This document shows positions 11,798 through 23,483 of a stretch of DNA of 64,000 nt, in pieces; positions within the stretch are counted from its first letter, which is position 1; each line of letters starts with the position of its first letter. The notes under the pieces were generated by a model that searched no databases, was not told the DNA's origin, and saw only the letters and a program-made list of their open reading frames with translations. The stretch lies in the NCBI GenBank assembly GCA_964016885.1, contig CAXHJY010000669.1:1012-65011 (forward strand), written 5' to 3'. The position numbers and the translations under genes were made by a program. The DNA comes from Eledone cirrhosa. Its lineage: Eukaryota.

Positions 11798-14700
11798 TCA
11801 TCATCATCATCATCAACGTTTAACGTCCGTGTTCCACGCTTGCATGGGTTTGGACGGGGGTATTCCCACTTGAGGCAAGAGTGATTGTCTTGCTCGCATA
11901 GGACTGTCTGGCAGGTTTTCTGCAGTTGGATGCCCTTCCTAACACCAACCACATTTACAGTGTGGGGCTGGGAGGTTTTTACCGTGTTGCCTACACGGCC
12001 ACATTACAGTGTGAACTGTGTGTTTTTTTGTCGTGACACCTACACGATCTCATTTGTTTCGGCCTGGATGTTGTGGCACCAACATAACTTTACATAGGAG
12101 GGGGTGGTGTGGAAGGGGTGTGGGTGGTGGGACGGGGGTGTATTTTGTTAGAGATGCCTACTGGCTGTAGTAGGTTTTACTATGTATTTAGGTAAGGCGG
12201 GTCTTCTCTATTACTGAGTACCGCCAAAGGTCTCGGTCCAGTGACATTGTCTTGGTGAGGTGTAAGTGTGTGAGGTCGGAGTTTATCAGCTCATCCCAGG
12301 TTTTTCTGGGTCTGCCTATTCCGTGGCTATCGTCTATCTTTATTGCCCTGCACTTTGTTATACAGCTATTGTCCTTCATGTGCATTATGTGACCATACCA
12401 ACGTAGCCTTCTCTCGAGTAGACAACATCTGATCTCTCTTATTTCTAATTTTTCCCTTAGTTCGTTTATGCTTTGTCGTTCACGTATATTACTATTACAC
12501 ATCCAGCGGAGCATGCAAGCTTCGTTTCTCTCTAGTCTGCGTATATCTTCTGCACACAATGCCCAGGTGTCACTGCCATGCAACATTGCTGTTCGTATGC
12601 AGGCATCGTACAACCTGCCTTTCATTTTTAGGGAGAACCCTTTAGCGGCTAATAGTGGTATAAGCTCTCTGAACTTTTTCCACCCAGTTCTGACTCTAGC
12701 TACTGTACTTTCAGAGCACCCTCCCCCACTGCTGATTTTGTCACCCAGGTAACGGAAGCTGTCCACTATTTCTATAGAACCCTCTGCGCAGCTGAAAGAG
12801 CTAGTATTTGTGGGCACTTGCTGCTACTTATTGCGCCGGAACACCGGCCACATGTAAAATCTATGTTCTTAGTTAGCTTACCTGTGATACCACTACATCT
12901 TGCATTTGGGACACTCAAACTTTGCATTTGGGACACAAAATGGAGTTTCTACCTACGCCTTTCCTACACTCTGCGCATGGCCACTTCCCGGAGGGGACCG
13001 CCGCCTTATTTTCTTTCTTACAAACTATAACTTTAGTCTTAGCCAGGTTAATTTTAAGGCCTTTTGATTCTAGGCCGTGCTTCCATGTTTGGAATTTCTT
13101 CTCTAGCTCGGCCATTGATTCAGCTATGAGCGTTAGATCATCTGCGTATAGGAGTTCCCATGGGCAGCCGGTCTTGAACTCCACTGTTATAGCCTGGAGG
13201 GCAATAATAAATAGTAGGGGGCTAAGAACAGATCCCCGATGAACACCAACTTTTACACTAAACTCTTCACTATATTCGTTGTTAATTCTAACCTTGCTGA
13301 CTGTTTCTTTATACATGGCTTGTATAGCTCTCACAAGCCATTCATCAACACCTAGTTTTCTAAGAGCCCACCAGATAATGGAACGGGGGACTCTGTCGAA
13401 GGCCTTCTCCAAGTCGACGAAAGCTAAGTATAGGGGTTTACTTTTAGCTAGGTACTTCTCCTGTAGTTGTCGTACAATGAAAAGAGCGTCTGTGGTACTT
13501 TTTCCTGACACAAACCCGAACTGCATTTCATCTAGATCAATTCGCTCTCTGATTAGTTGCACTATTACTTTTTCCGTGACCTTCATGACCTGGTCGATTA
13601 ATTTAATGCCTCTATAGTTACTCCTATCTAGGGCATCTCCTTTACCCTTATAACAGTTAACGATGATGCTGCTACGCCAGTCCTCCGGAACAACCCCATT
13701 CTGTATGACTTGGTTGACTATCCAGGTGACCATGGTGTGTCCCACCGTACCAGATGCCTTCAGCATCTCGGCAACTATTTCCGAAGGCCCAGCCGCCTTG
13801 CCTGTCTTCATATCTTTGATTGCCTTACTTATTATACTACCCTCGACTAACACTGCTGGTCCCTCTATTGGGTCGATGTGGGGGAGACTGTCTTTCTCCC
13901 ATTTATTCTCCTCATTTAGTAGCCTTTCATAGTGACACTTCCAAGCTACCTTCTTATCAGCGTCGGTGATGGCAAGTACGCCGTCATCATTAAGTACACA
14001 CTTCTCCCCGACAATATCACTGTTCTCCTTGACACATTGCCTAGCAATCCTGAAAACCTCACGTTTTTGGTCCTCACGTTGTAGAACATGCTTGAACTTT
14101 CTTTCCTCTGCTTCCCTTCTTGCGAAGTACACTTGTCTCCTAGCTTCCCTCCTGGCCACTTGATAGTCTTCTCTGCTTCCCCCATCCCGCCATACTTTCC
14201 AAGCCTGCTTTTTGGCCTTAATTGACCCCTCCACCTTACTGTTCCACCACCATGTTACTCTCCTCCTGCCTACAGGCCTGCTCCAGCCACAGACTTCGTC
14301 TGTCGCCGTCAGCAGGTTTGCTTTCAGGAATTCCCACTGTTCCTCTACCTTGTACGACTCTAATTGCTCTTCCTTACTGTCGAAAGCATCAAGTAATATG
14401 CTTTGGAATTTATTTTTGGCTGTGGGGTCCTTTAGCTTCCATATTTTTCTCCTGAGGATAGTCCTCTTCTGTTGTCTAGTACGTCTCATCCTGATTATTA
14501 GGTCGCTAATTATCAGTCTGTGTTGGGAGGTGCATTCTTCATGGGGGAGGGATTTAGTGTTTACAACAGTCACTTTGTAACGTCTTCTGGTAAGGATATA
14601 ATCTACCTGGCTGGTATGTTCCCCTGATCTGTAGGTGATCAAGTGATTGTCTCGTTTTTTGAAGTTAGTGTTGCAGATAGTTAGGTTATTTGCGTCACAG

Positions 14701-15203
14701 AATTCCAGGATTCTGGAGCCTTCCTCATTTCTAGTACCAAACCCATAGCCTCCATGGATTTCGTCGTATCCGTCACAATGTTGTCCAACGTGACCGTTTA
14801 GGTCGCCTGCAATAATTATATAGTCACTGTCGGTTATTTGGGAGGTAGTGAGCATCAGTGTCTCATAGAATCTGTCTTTTATAGTGCTGGGCAGTCCGGA
14901 TTTGGGTGCGTATGCGGATATTACTGTCACCGTGGTTCTATTGAGGACAAGTCTTATTTTAATTATTCTGTCGTTCACTCTATTTACGTCTATTATCTTA
15001 TCTGCCCACTTTTCTGCTACCATGATTCCTACCCCACCCAGCCCATTGTCATTGTCATTTCCCACCCAGAAAAGCTTATAGCATCGTTTTCTACCCACAA
15101 TGAATCTAGCAGATCCACCCCTCCACCTGGTCTCTTGAATACAACAAACATCGACCTCCTTACATTCAAGCATTTCTACAACCTCGTTAGAGCGACCCTT
15201 TAA
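11798..15203 (-). mobile_element. Nearly full-length RTE-clade LINE (APE endonuclease plus RT), disabled
   Basis: The 752-aa ORF 15173-12915 has APE motifs (CCIQETRW, GGVGI, SAYAP, GDLNGHVG, SQVDYIL, SQHRLII) and full RT motifs. The C-terminal part is 12817-12188. Stop and small rearrangement at about 12900-12936; (GAT)n tail at about 11798-11814; truncated inside the first APE motif. Same family as 7153-9672. Confidence 0.96.
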
Positions 15204-15313
15204 TATAAATATATATAAATGAAGTAATTCCGTCAGAAAGGTCCAGGAAAAAAGAGTGCTCTATGAAGGTTACAGAGCTTATTAGTTATGTAATAAACAA
15301 CATAAGATAATTA

Positions 15314-15373
15314 TTTCATTTACCAGTGGTTTCTTGAAAGCAAACAAATTTGCTTTCAGTCATCAGAATGAAA
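15314..15373 (-). ncRNA. Type-I hammerhead ribozyme motif (left arm of foldback 2)
   Basis: Reverse complement is identical to 15521-15580. Confidence 0.8.
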
Positions 15374-15520
15374 AAATCCTGGTGTTTTTATTGAATGTGG
15401 ATTTGAAAAACCTTTATGTCTATTTTCCATACCTGCATGCATTAGATAGTATGGGTGGGTTGCCATGTTCTGAGGCTAGACACACAGGCCAGAAGACATT
15501 CAACAAAAACACCAGGATTT

Positions 15521-15580
15521 TTTCATTCTGATGACTGAAAGCAAATTTGTTTGCTTTCAAGAAACCACTGGTAAATGAAA
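15521..15580 (+). ncRNA. Type-I hammerhead ribozyme motif (right arm of foldback 2)
   Basis: Stem I TTTCATT/AATGAAA (7 bp); CTGATGA (15528-15534); stem II TGAAAGCAAA/TTTGCTTTCA (10 bp, with a C.A mismatch at the core-closing position); GAAA (15561-15564); stem III CC-ACT-GG; GUA cleavage triplet ending at 15573. Confidence 0.82.
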
Positions 15581-15619
15581 TAATTACCATATGTTGTTTA
15601 TTACATAACTATATATATA

Positions 15620-16185
15620 TTTAAAGGTTAAACGAGGTTCAATGAATAAATCACCTCCTTGTGTTTTAGACTATAAAACTTATTCTTTTTCTCCTCTTCT
15701 CTCTATCCTTAATCAATTTTCTTTTGCTTTCGTGCATAAGATAATTCTATATTTCTTGTCATTCTCTCTTTCCTCATCTGTTTCTCTCTCTGTCTTTCAC
15801 GTCCTCTTTCTACAATAATGTGTAATCCATATATTACTTTATTTAAATTATTTAAATTTCTAACAGTTATGTAGGTTTATATTATATTAGTAGTTGTTTA
15901 TTATTATGTATCCTTATAAGCTTTCTCACACGCACCCTCTGTATTATATGTAATTTTTTCATGTCTCAATCTTAAGGTATATAAATATTGTGTTTTGTCC
16001 TAACTTATTCACTGCCATAACTGAATTTTAACCATCAACATAGTCAAGGTATGTCAAGCATCAACTTATTTTATCTGATGAGGACGTACTGGTGAAAATA
16101 GCTCAGTACCTCTGAAATGTGTATAATAAAATATACTTGATCAAACGAATGTCTATATTTGTTAATATTTTGAATTAATATATAT
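15620..16185 (+). mobile_element. Solo PLE 3' end/pLTR remnant between (TA)n tracts
   Basis: Pyrimidine/AT-rich UTR-like segment ending in a hammerhead with overlapping AATAAA, then (TA)n. Same layout as the PLE end at 1280-1590. No recognisable ORF. Confidence 0.55.
16067..16133 (+). ncRNA. Type-I hammerhead ribozyme motif
   Basis: Stem I TATTTTAT/ATAAAATA (8 bp); CTGATGA (16075-16081); stem II GGA-C-GTACTG/CAGTAC-C-TCT; GAAA (16114-16117); stem III ATGTGTAT (self-complementary with GU pairs); cleavage after UA at 16125. Confidence 0.8.
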
Positions 16186-16751
16186 ATATAAGTTCAGAAT
16201 GAGGTGCCACTCCTTATTTTTAAGTTTCTCTTAAGCTAACAATGCCTATATTTCAGGTGTCTATAAGATCATTGGGGGTCGATCATATATATATATAAGA
16301 GAGTATTGAAGTTTGCTTGAAGCATTGTGGAATAATAAGGTCTGCAGAATGTTCAGTTAAGCATTAATTTCAGGAACAATATGAACATTCATTGTCGAAA
16401 CTGACAGAGGTTGATTCCATATATATATATATATATTTATTTATATATAACCATTGATAGAATTAAAACTCATCATCACTTTATTCATTTTTAATTTACT
16501 AGAAATAGATTTTTTTTTTTTTTGTTACTATTTCCTACAATTTTCAGTAGTGTGGCAGCATGTCTTGTATTAGGGAGTGGAATTAAAGAAAGTCCACTGA
16601 AGTATAATAATATCAAATGCAGTCTTTAGGAAATAAATACCATTTAGACATACAGGCAGCTAAATATAACATAATGAACTTTCAAATGAAATTAGCTACA
16701 TCCATATAAAAGTTAGTAAAGAAATGAACAAAAGAAAAAAATATTCTAAAA

Positions 16752-16887
16752 AATGAAGGAAGGAAAGAAGGGAGGAAGGAGGGAGGGGGAAAGGGAGGGA
16801 GGGGGAAAGGGAGGGAGGGAGGGAGTAAAGAAGGGAGGGAGGAAAGCAGGGAGGGAGTGAAGGAGGAAAGAAGGAAGGAAAAGAAAC
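16752..16887. repeat. Polypurine (GGAA/GGGA) low-complexity tract
   Basis: Almost pure A/G tract. A similar A/G tract lies at about 11140-11310. Confidence 0.9.
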
Positions 16888-17613
16888 ACATTTTCCATTA
16901 GTTGTTACATTAATGAATTTCAAATGTAAATACAATTTTATATGATTGCATGTAATTAATTATTTTTGATATTAGACCTTGTTGAAACCCTACTAATTAA
17001 CAGATAACTTATCTGGAAATAATTTGAAAGAAACTCAGGGAAAAGAAAGAAATAATTTGTAATTCTTAAGCTATTTTTGTTAGTTTATTTATTGGCTTTG
17101 AAATCTTGTAATGAATTGTAAACATTTTGTTAAATCTAAATACAGAAATATGTATGATGGTGTAATGATAAGAGTATTAACCCTTTCATTGCCATATTTC
17201 CAATGAAATTAACAGTATTTAAATTAATTAATGAAGAAGTTGAAGGGATTTACTGAAAAATATAATTTCATTAAGGTGGTATTTGTAACAACTTAACAAA
17301 AGGTAAAGATTACGTTAGAAGTGTTTTAATTTAAATCGGAACTCTTTAAAATTGTTGGTTTTGTTTCAAGGAACCAAAAGCAAGAGTAGGCGTGTATAAG
17401 ATGTAAATATATACAAGTTTCTAAGAAATACATACGTATAAATACACAGGAAATAAGTGTAAAACATGTATGTTTACAACTTCCAACATACATTATAAAA
17501 TATATACAGAGAGTTTTAAGTTGAAGATGAAGGTCGTGATAGACACAATTATAGTCAGAAATATAATAAAAGGGAAATATAATATACTAGGATTTTATTC
17601 AACACGCTGATGC

Positions 17614-17653
<40 letters not shown>

Positions 17654-18379
17654 ATACATCTATGTGTATGACTATATAAATTTAAACATGCAAACAGAGA
17701 CACACTTACAAAAATACATACTCACAGACCTAGATTCACACAATCACACACATACAGTCACACACAACGTAGCAAATGGAACACCCGTCGCTGTTTTGCT
17801 ATAGATTTTTTACCATCCCCTTCCTTCCTTTTACATACACACACACACACACATTGTGTGATGTACGGATGGACAGAAGTTGCTCAAATTTATATATAGA
17901 TTGTTAAAAAAGAAACAAGAAGAAAGAATACAATGATTGTCAAGTGAAGAAGAAAAATGGAGAGAGGAGAAGACCACCAAAACGCAAGGTGCTGGAGCCT
18001 CCCTTGAATAATAAGAGGCAAGCCAACACACTTGCAACATTACTGAAATAAAATAAAGACAGACGAAGAGGAAATTAAAATACTACTAAATTTTGCTATC
18101 TGATTCAAGCACATCTAGAGAAGTGCTTGCAGTGTGATGCTGATATATTATACATCCAAATGTTCTGATTCCAACTGTTGCTAAAGCTATTGCATCAGGT
18201 CTCAACATAGGCAAGATAGTCTGCTTGCTGCAGTCAGACTAGCAAACATTTGGATGTTATTCTTATTTCACAGTTGAGTGGTGGAGAGAGTGAGAAAACT
18301 TACTCTCCAGTACTGCATGAAATATGTTTGCATACTTGAGTGTAAATGAAATATTAATACACGCACACATTATATACAT

Positions 18380-18420
<41 letters not shown>

Positions 18421-18699
18421 CCATGCACCCATCTAACCCACGCAGGTATGGAAAATAGATGTTAAATTGTGATCATGATGATATATATATATATATATAT
18501 ATATGTAATTTGAAATGTGTGTCCCAATGAAAATCATAATAGTTAGTCACTATATAATTGAGAAAATAGGATAAAGTACCCCTCGAGATGACAAAAGGTG
18601 GACAGAGGTGCATACAGAAAGAGAGAGAGAGAGAGGGGGGGGGGGATATAACTTAGGGAAGCATGGTAAAGTGAACATAAAATAACAATGATTATATAT

Positions 18700-18900
18700 A
18701 TCATTATCAGCTTTTTTCGTCCACTTGGAATTACAGGTACAATGCATCTGACAGGCTTCCACACAGTTTCAGTCGGCTCAATTTCACTCACAAGGTTTAG
18801 GCCTCTCAGAGACTAACTTAAAAGGCACTTACCACAGATGCCACACAGTGGGACTGAACTTCATGATTCTGAAGCAAAACTTTTTAAATGTCTGGCCATG
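18700..18900 (-). mobile_element. Degenerate second SINE family, possibly CORE-type
   Basis: Reverse complement has GTTCAGTCCCACTGTGTGGCATCTGTGGTAAGTG...TTGTGAGTGAAATTG..GAAACTGTGTGGAAGCCTGTC, a B-box-like motif followed by a decayed CORE-like segment. Recognised from memory only. Confidence 0.5.
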
Positions 18901-19071
18901 CTGCATTCACAAATACCAGTAATATACTACAATTAAATCACTTGGCATGATAAATATGATACCAATGCAAAATTGGTTTCATACTTTCGAAAGAATCTAA
19001 TATCAATTAAAATGCATAAAAATTTAGCTTGAGCTCAAAACAATTATTTCTAATTCAAATATGTCAACTAA

Positions 19072-19299
19072 TTAACCCTTTTGATAGCAACCTACCAAAA
19101 TTGGCTTTGATTCCATGAAACAAAACCACCCATTTTCAAGTATTCCCATTTAAATTGATATCTTCTAACATAATTCTATATTGGAACCATGTTAAGTCTT
19201 AATGAAATAACCAATGATTTTAGTAGATCCTTCAAACTTCTTTGTTAATTAATTGAAACAGAGTGTAGATCATTTGAAATGTGGTCCCGAAGGAGTTAA
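19072..19299 (+). mobile_element. TTAA-flanked MITE, piggyBac-like, diverged copy
   Basis: TTAACCCTTTTGATAGCAA...GAAGGAGTTAA, with internal similarity to the 19702 copy. Confidence 0.65.
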
Positions 19300-19701
19300 C
19301 AAGAATATACTCATTTGTGATTGACATGATAGATAGAAATAATTAAAATGAAGATCCAGTAGGCTGGCAGCTAATATAAAGAACAGTATCAACAACCATG
19401 CATTTATCTCTAAGTAGTCTGCCATCTCTTATGTTAACTTCAGAGCCTCTTATTAAATATGACCTTTTTGAACCTACTAATTCCCCATCTAGTCTTTAGT
19501 AACATTTTGAGGTTCATAACCTTTGGAGAAAAGACATTTAGGTTCATTAAGTTGTTTACTCTTGATATATTCTGAGAAATACTTTTACAGTGATATTTCA
19601 CAAAAGAAAAACAAAATTCATAAAGATGGTAAAAATACAGCTAAAAAATAAACAAGCTATGATGCTACCAAATTTTTAACAGAAATATTTCTTTTTTTCT
19701 A

Positions 19702-19951
19702 TTAACCTTTTCGTTACCAAATCGCATGAAACTTCCCCCTGGTTCTATGATACAAAGATATTTGCTTTAAACTGTTTATATTTACCTAAAATCCTTCTAT
19801 CATAATCTTATGTAAGAACTTTTGTTGTGTTATGTTTCAAATACTAACTTAATGAAAAAGTTCTACCTCTCCAATTTCTTGATTATTTTGACAATTATTT
19901 AAAAACCATAGACAGTATCTTTCATTAGAAATATGATAATGAAAGGGTTAT
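19702..19951 (+). mobile_element. About 250-bp piggyBac-like MITE
   Basis: TTAACCTTTTCGTTACCA...TGATAATGAAAGGGTTA: short TIRs with TTAA-type ends. Related diverged or partial copies at about 10545-10790, 17177-17400, 19960-20130, 20240-20476, 31900-32135, 37408-37500 and 38655-38880. Confidence 0.7.
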
Positions 19952-20842
19952 TGTATTCATATTTATCTGAAAAACTCCCATCATAATTTCAGGTGTGAAT
20001 CTTTGTTATGTTATGTTCCTAACACCAGCTTAACAGCTATATTACTAAATTTTTCCAATTTATTGGTTATTTTCAAAATTATTTGAAAGCCAGTGGCAGT
20101 GTCTTTCAATAGAAATATGGGAACATAAGGGAACATATATAAATGTATGCAACAAAGAAATATGCTAAAAACATGTGATAAATAGTAAGGTGAAAACATT
20201 TAGGTTTTATTTCAGATGCAAACTTGGAATTCTAAAATTTAAGTCTCTCAGTACCATATTTCTGATTAAATACATTGCATGTGTGTTAATCAATGATGAA
20301 TTTGGAGATTCAATACAATTATTTCAGTTATTAAGATGATATTTGCAACCTAGCAAAAATGATTTATATAAAATTATGTTGGAAGATCTTAATTTAAATA
20401 GTAACTTTCTAAATGGTTGGTTTGGTTCCATAAAATCAGAGGCAGTTTTGGGTAGGTTTGTATTGAAAGAATTAATTCACATAAAAAGATGTTATTTAAA
20501 AAAAAAATACAATACTAAATAAGCACCAACCATAATATTATGCCATATGTATTTGTATATTTATATATCTCTATCTGTCGCTCTTTAAAATTTACACACA
20601 CACAATACATTTCCTATCTCTATCAGGTAGCTACAATAAGTAGTACACTTTCCAATCACAAGGTCTTGGGTTCTAACCCTACATTTGTCTTTGTAAATAG
20701 ATATTTCTCCAAAATTACTCATACATTTAATAATCCTGTATGTTATTTGTACATATATGCTGAACATTTATGTAATTATATCCTAGAAATAAATCATTGA
20801 AATATCATTCTTATCTTTAATCACTTCCACATGAGGTAATCA

Positions 20843-21172
20843 ATATAAACTATGTAGGGTTTCTCTTATAGAAACATTAATTTATCAAAACGTAAATCTC
20901 CTAGTTTGTGTGATTCTTCTTATATCTGGTAATCATCAAATAAATGGATTCCAAAAATCAAATATGTTCAATGTTATTACAGTCATTATTCATGGCATGG
21001 ACCACAAGTCATATATAAACTATAGGATTTCTCTTAAGTGAACCATTAATTTATCAAATCGCAAATTTTCCAGTTTGTATGATTGCTCATATATCCAGTA
21101 ATCATAGTATATATGGCATACCAAATTCAATACATTCAACTCTATTATTGATGGCATGGGTCCACTAGTCTA
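20843..21172. repeat. Diverged tandem duplication of about 165-170 bp
   Basis: ATATAAACTAT..GG.TTTCTCTTA..CATTAATTTATCAAA..AGTTTGT.TGATT..GTAATCAT..ATGGCATGG.CCAC.AGTC occurs at 20843-21012 and again at 21013-21172. Confidence 0.85.
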
Positions 21173-21799
21173 TTATAAAAATGTGGGCATATGTGTATGC
21201 GTGTGTTGTGTGTGTGTTATGTATGTGTGTGCTATTGAGCAATTAATAAAGAGCTTCCATATGGAAGACAAATAAAAATTGATTAACAACCAAACAGAAG
21301 TTTGTTCAGATATTTTAGCACTGAGTAAATCAGTCAACCAGAGTCATGCAAATAGGACAGTCTAGCAACTGAAGATGTGTTTATAATTAATTTATTTCGT
21401 TTATTCTATAAAGTGATTCAATAATGATAGAAAGGTGAAAAAATATAGAATTTAAATCACTACAAGTTTTCAATTTCTGTTTATATTTTTTCTTGTGCTT
21501 TTCCAAAATGTAGTTCAACTTAAATTAATTATTATCACATCAATTAATTAATGACCACCAAGAGTTAAGAGATAATCTTATTTTCCTGTCTTTAGAAATC
21601 ATAAAATCCACATTCATATCCAAATAAATAGACAAGTTAAAGGTCAGTAAGTCTCACAAAATACTGAATTGCTTCAAACAATGTTCGCAGAAAATGATTG
21701 AATGAAGTTTCAAATGCTTGCTTTCTGGTTCTAAAATTACTTAGCCATGTCAACAGATATCTACCTTAACTTATAGAAACACATGCTTGTCTGACCAAT

Positions 21800-22230
21800 A
21801 TCAAAAACTAACCTATCAGAAGAAAAGAAGACCAACAAATACCGGGGATTTTCCAGCTGCTTCCTCTTTGCACTGGTCACTGTCAAGACCTCAGACTTAC
21901 TTGAACCCCATACTGCCGAGTTCCTCTGCAAGACTGGAATGTTAGCAGCCCATCTGAGGAAGGAGCTCCGCAAGGTGGGGTGGCTGTTGCAGCAGGTGTC
22001 GCTGGCCATTGTCTTTGGAAATGCTTTTCTGTTTTTTTTTGCAGGGTGCAGCCCCAACACCGTCAAGCCCTAGGTCTAGAGCCCATCACTCTCCCCTTCC
22101 CTTTCTTCTGTGTCCCTAGAGCCCTTGACTTTCCCTTTATTTTCCGTTTTAAAATATCTGTAGTGTTGTTATTTGAATTAGATTTGTTTATGATATTTTT
22201 GATTTTTATTAATAAAACATGGTACAATAA
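21800..22230 (+). mobile_element. 3' fragment of a CRE-like (restriction-like endonuclease) non-LTR retrotransposon
   Basis: My translation from about 21815 is SEEKKTNKYRGFSSCFLFALVTVKTSDLLEPHTAEFLCKTGMLAAHLRKELRKVGWLLQQVSLAIVFGNAF. This fits the CRE-type C-terminus (E..K..KY....F.P.AVET.G.....A..FL..LG.........L.Q..S.AI..GNA). Followed by a pyrimidine-rich UTR and AATAAA. Confidence 0.7.
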
Positions 22231-23148
22231 ATTTCACAATCTATTTTCAATTATAGTAGCTTAAAAGCTATGTACTTTCAGTCAATTTTATGCTGGTTAG
22301 CTGCAGTAGATCCAGATATACTGCAGACCTACTTTTCTGTATTATACAACAATGAGTTCTCATTCTTTAAAACTGTTGAAAGCAATGTAATCTATATACT
22401 ATTAAAACTCTGTGATTGTGTGCTTGTCTGTAATTTAATACAGGTTCATAATGGGAAAATACTTTGAAAGGAAGTTGCCCCTGAAATGGGAATACAAATG
22501 GAATGGAATAAAAGAAGTTTCGCATAACTCGGAGCATGGATTCCCAAGATACTTGGTACCTTCATAAATAGAGAGAAAGAGAAAGTGGTTGTGAGAGAGT
22601 AGATTTAAAGAGAGACATAGAGAGAGAAGGAGACAGAGAAGGAAAATGGAAGAGAGAGAGCTGTAAAAATTATTTTTAAGTGAACGTGACCCAACAGATC
22701 ATGGGTGGTCTAGGTACCTTTAATATTAGCAAAAGAACAACATAGCAAAGCTGCCAGCCTGTCACTCCCATCCAGCTCTTTCACATCTCTTGAATTGGGA
22801 ATTTACCCCCAGTTAACATCATTCCAATGTGCTTTTACACTTTTCTGTATATTGAACTTCTGTCACCTCTAAAACCCTGCACATACTCCTTTAGACTTTT
22901 CACCTAACATTACTCCATAATCGTTCCATACTTAGGTGTCATCTATGTGCAATCTAGATATTTAAAGCCAAAATTTGCACTGCTTCCATAAACAGGGGCA
23001 TTGAAACCTCTTCCAATGAATATTTGACAATCTACTCTATCTATCAAAAGTTCCGATATTAAGGAAGCAGTCTTGAACTAAAGCTCTCCTACTAATAAAC
23101 ACAGCCACTACAAAGGACACACATTTCTTATGATCCCTCATCACAACC

Positions 23149-23193
<45 letters not shown>

Positions 23194-23483
23194 ATATATA
23201 CCCACACTGTAAAGTGGTTGGTGATAGAAAGGGTATCCAGCCATAGAAAGTTTTCCAAAGGGTGTCTTTAACACAACTGAAGGGTCCTTCAGTTGTGTTA
23301 AAGACACGATAACCTCTCCTGTACACTCAGTAGAAAGTGACACTGTATGTAAGCAAGATAACAGAATCGTAGCCTGTCTGGGAGGTCAGTAGCCCCATTT
23401 CAGTAATGACAGTAAACATGTCCAATCCTTGCTAGCAGGGAAAGCAGCCGTTAAAATGGTAATGTTGATTATTTATATATATA

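Larger units (their letters stand above)
15283..15611. mobile_element. Short foldback element with about 116-bp near-perfect inverted arms (15283-15398 and 15496-15611)
   Basis: TAGTTATGTAATAAACAACATA...TTGAATGT is the reverse complement of ACATTCAA...TATGTTGTTTATTACATAACTA with few mismatches. Each arm is mostly a hammerhead motif. (TA)n on the right flank. Confidence 0.9.

Noticed and set aside
7426-15203. Antisense ORFs over the RTE copies (also over gypsy pol)
   Set aside because: Shadow frames of the real coding strand.
17831-18060. Short ORFs and a minus-strand acceptor near 18043
   Set aside because: No recognisable domain in any frame and no donor found.
21954-21975. CTGAGGA-AGGAGCTCC-GCAA hammerhead-like string
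   Set aside because: GAAA and stems I/III are missing, and it lies in CRE-like coding sequence.
22700-23140. Possible decayed LINE endonuclease on the minus strand
   Set aside because: Motifs are too degraded to support a call by eye.
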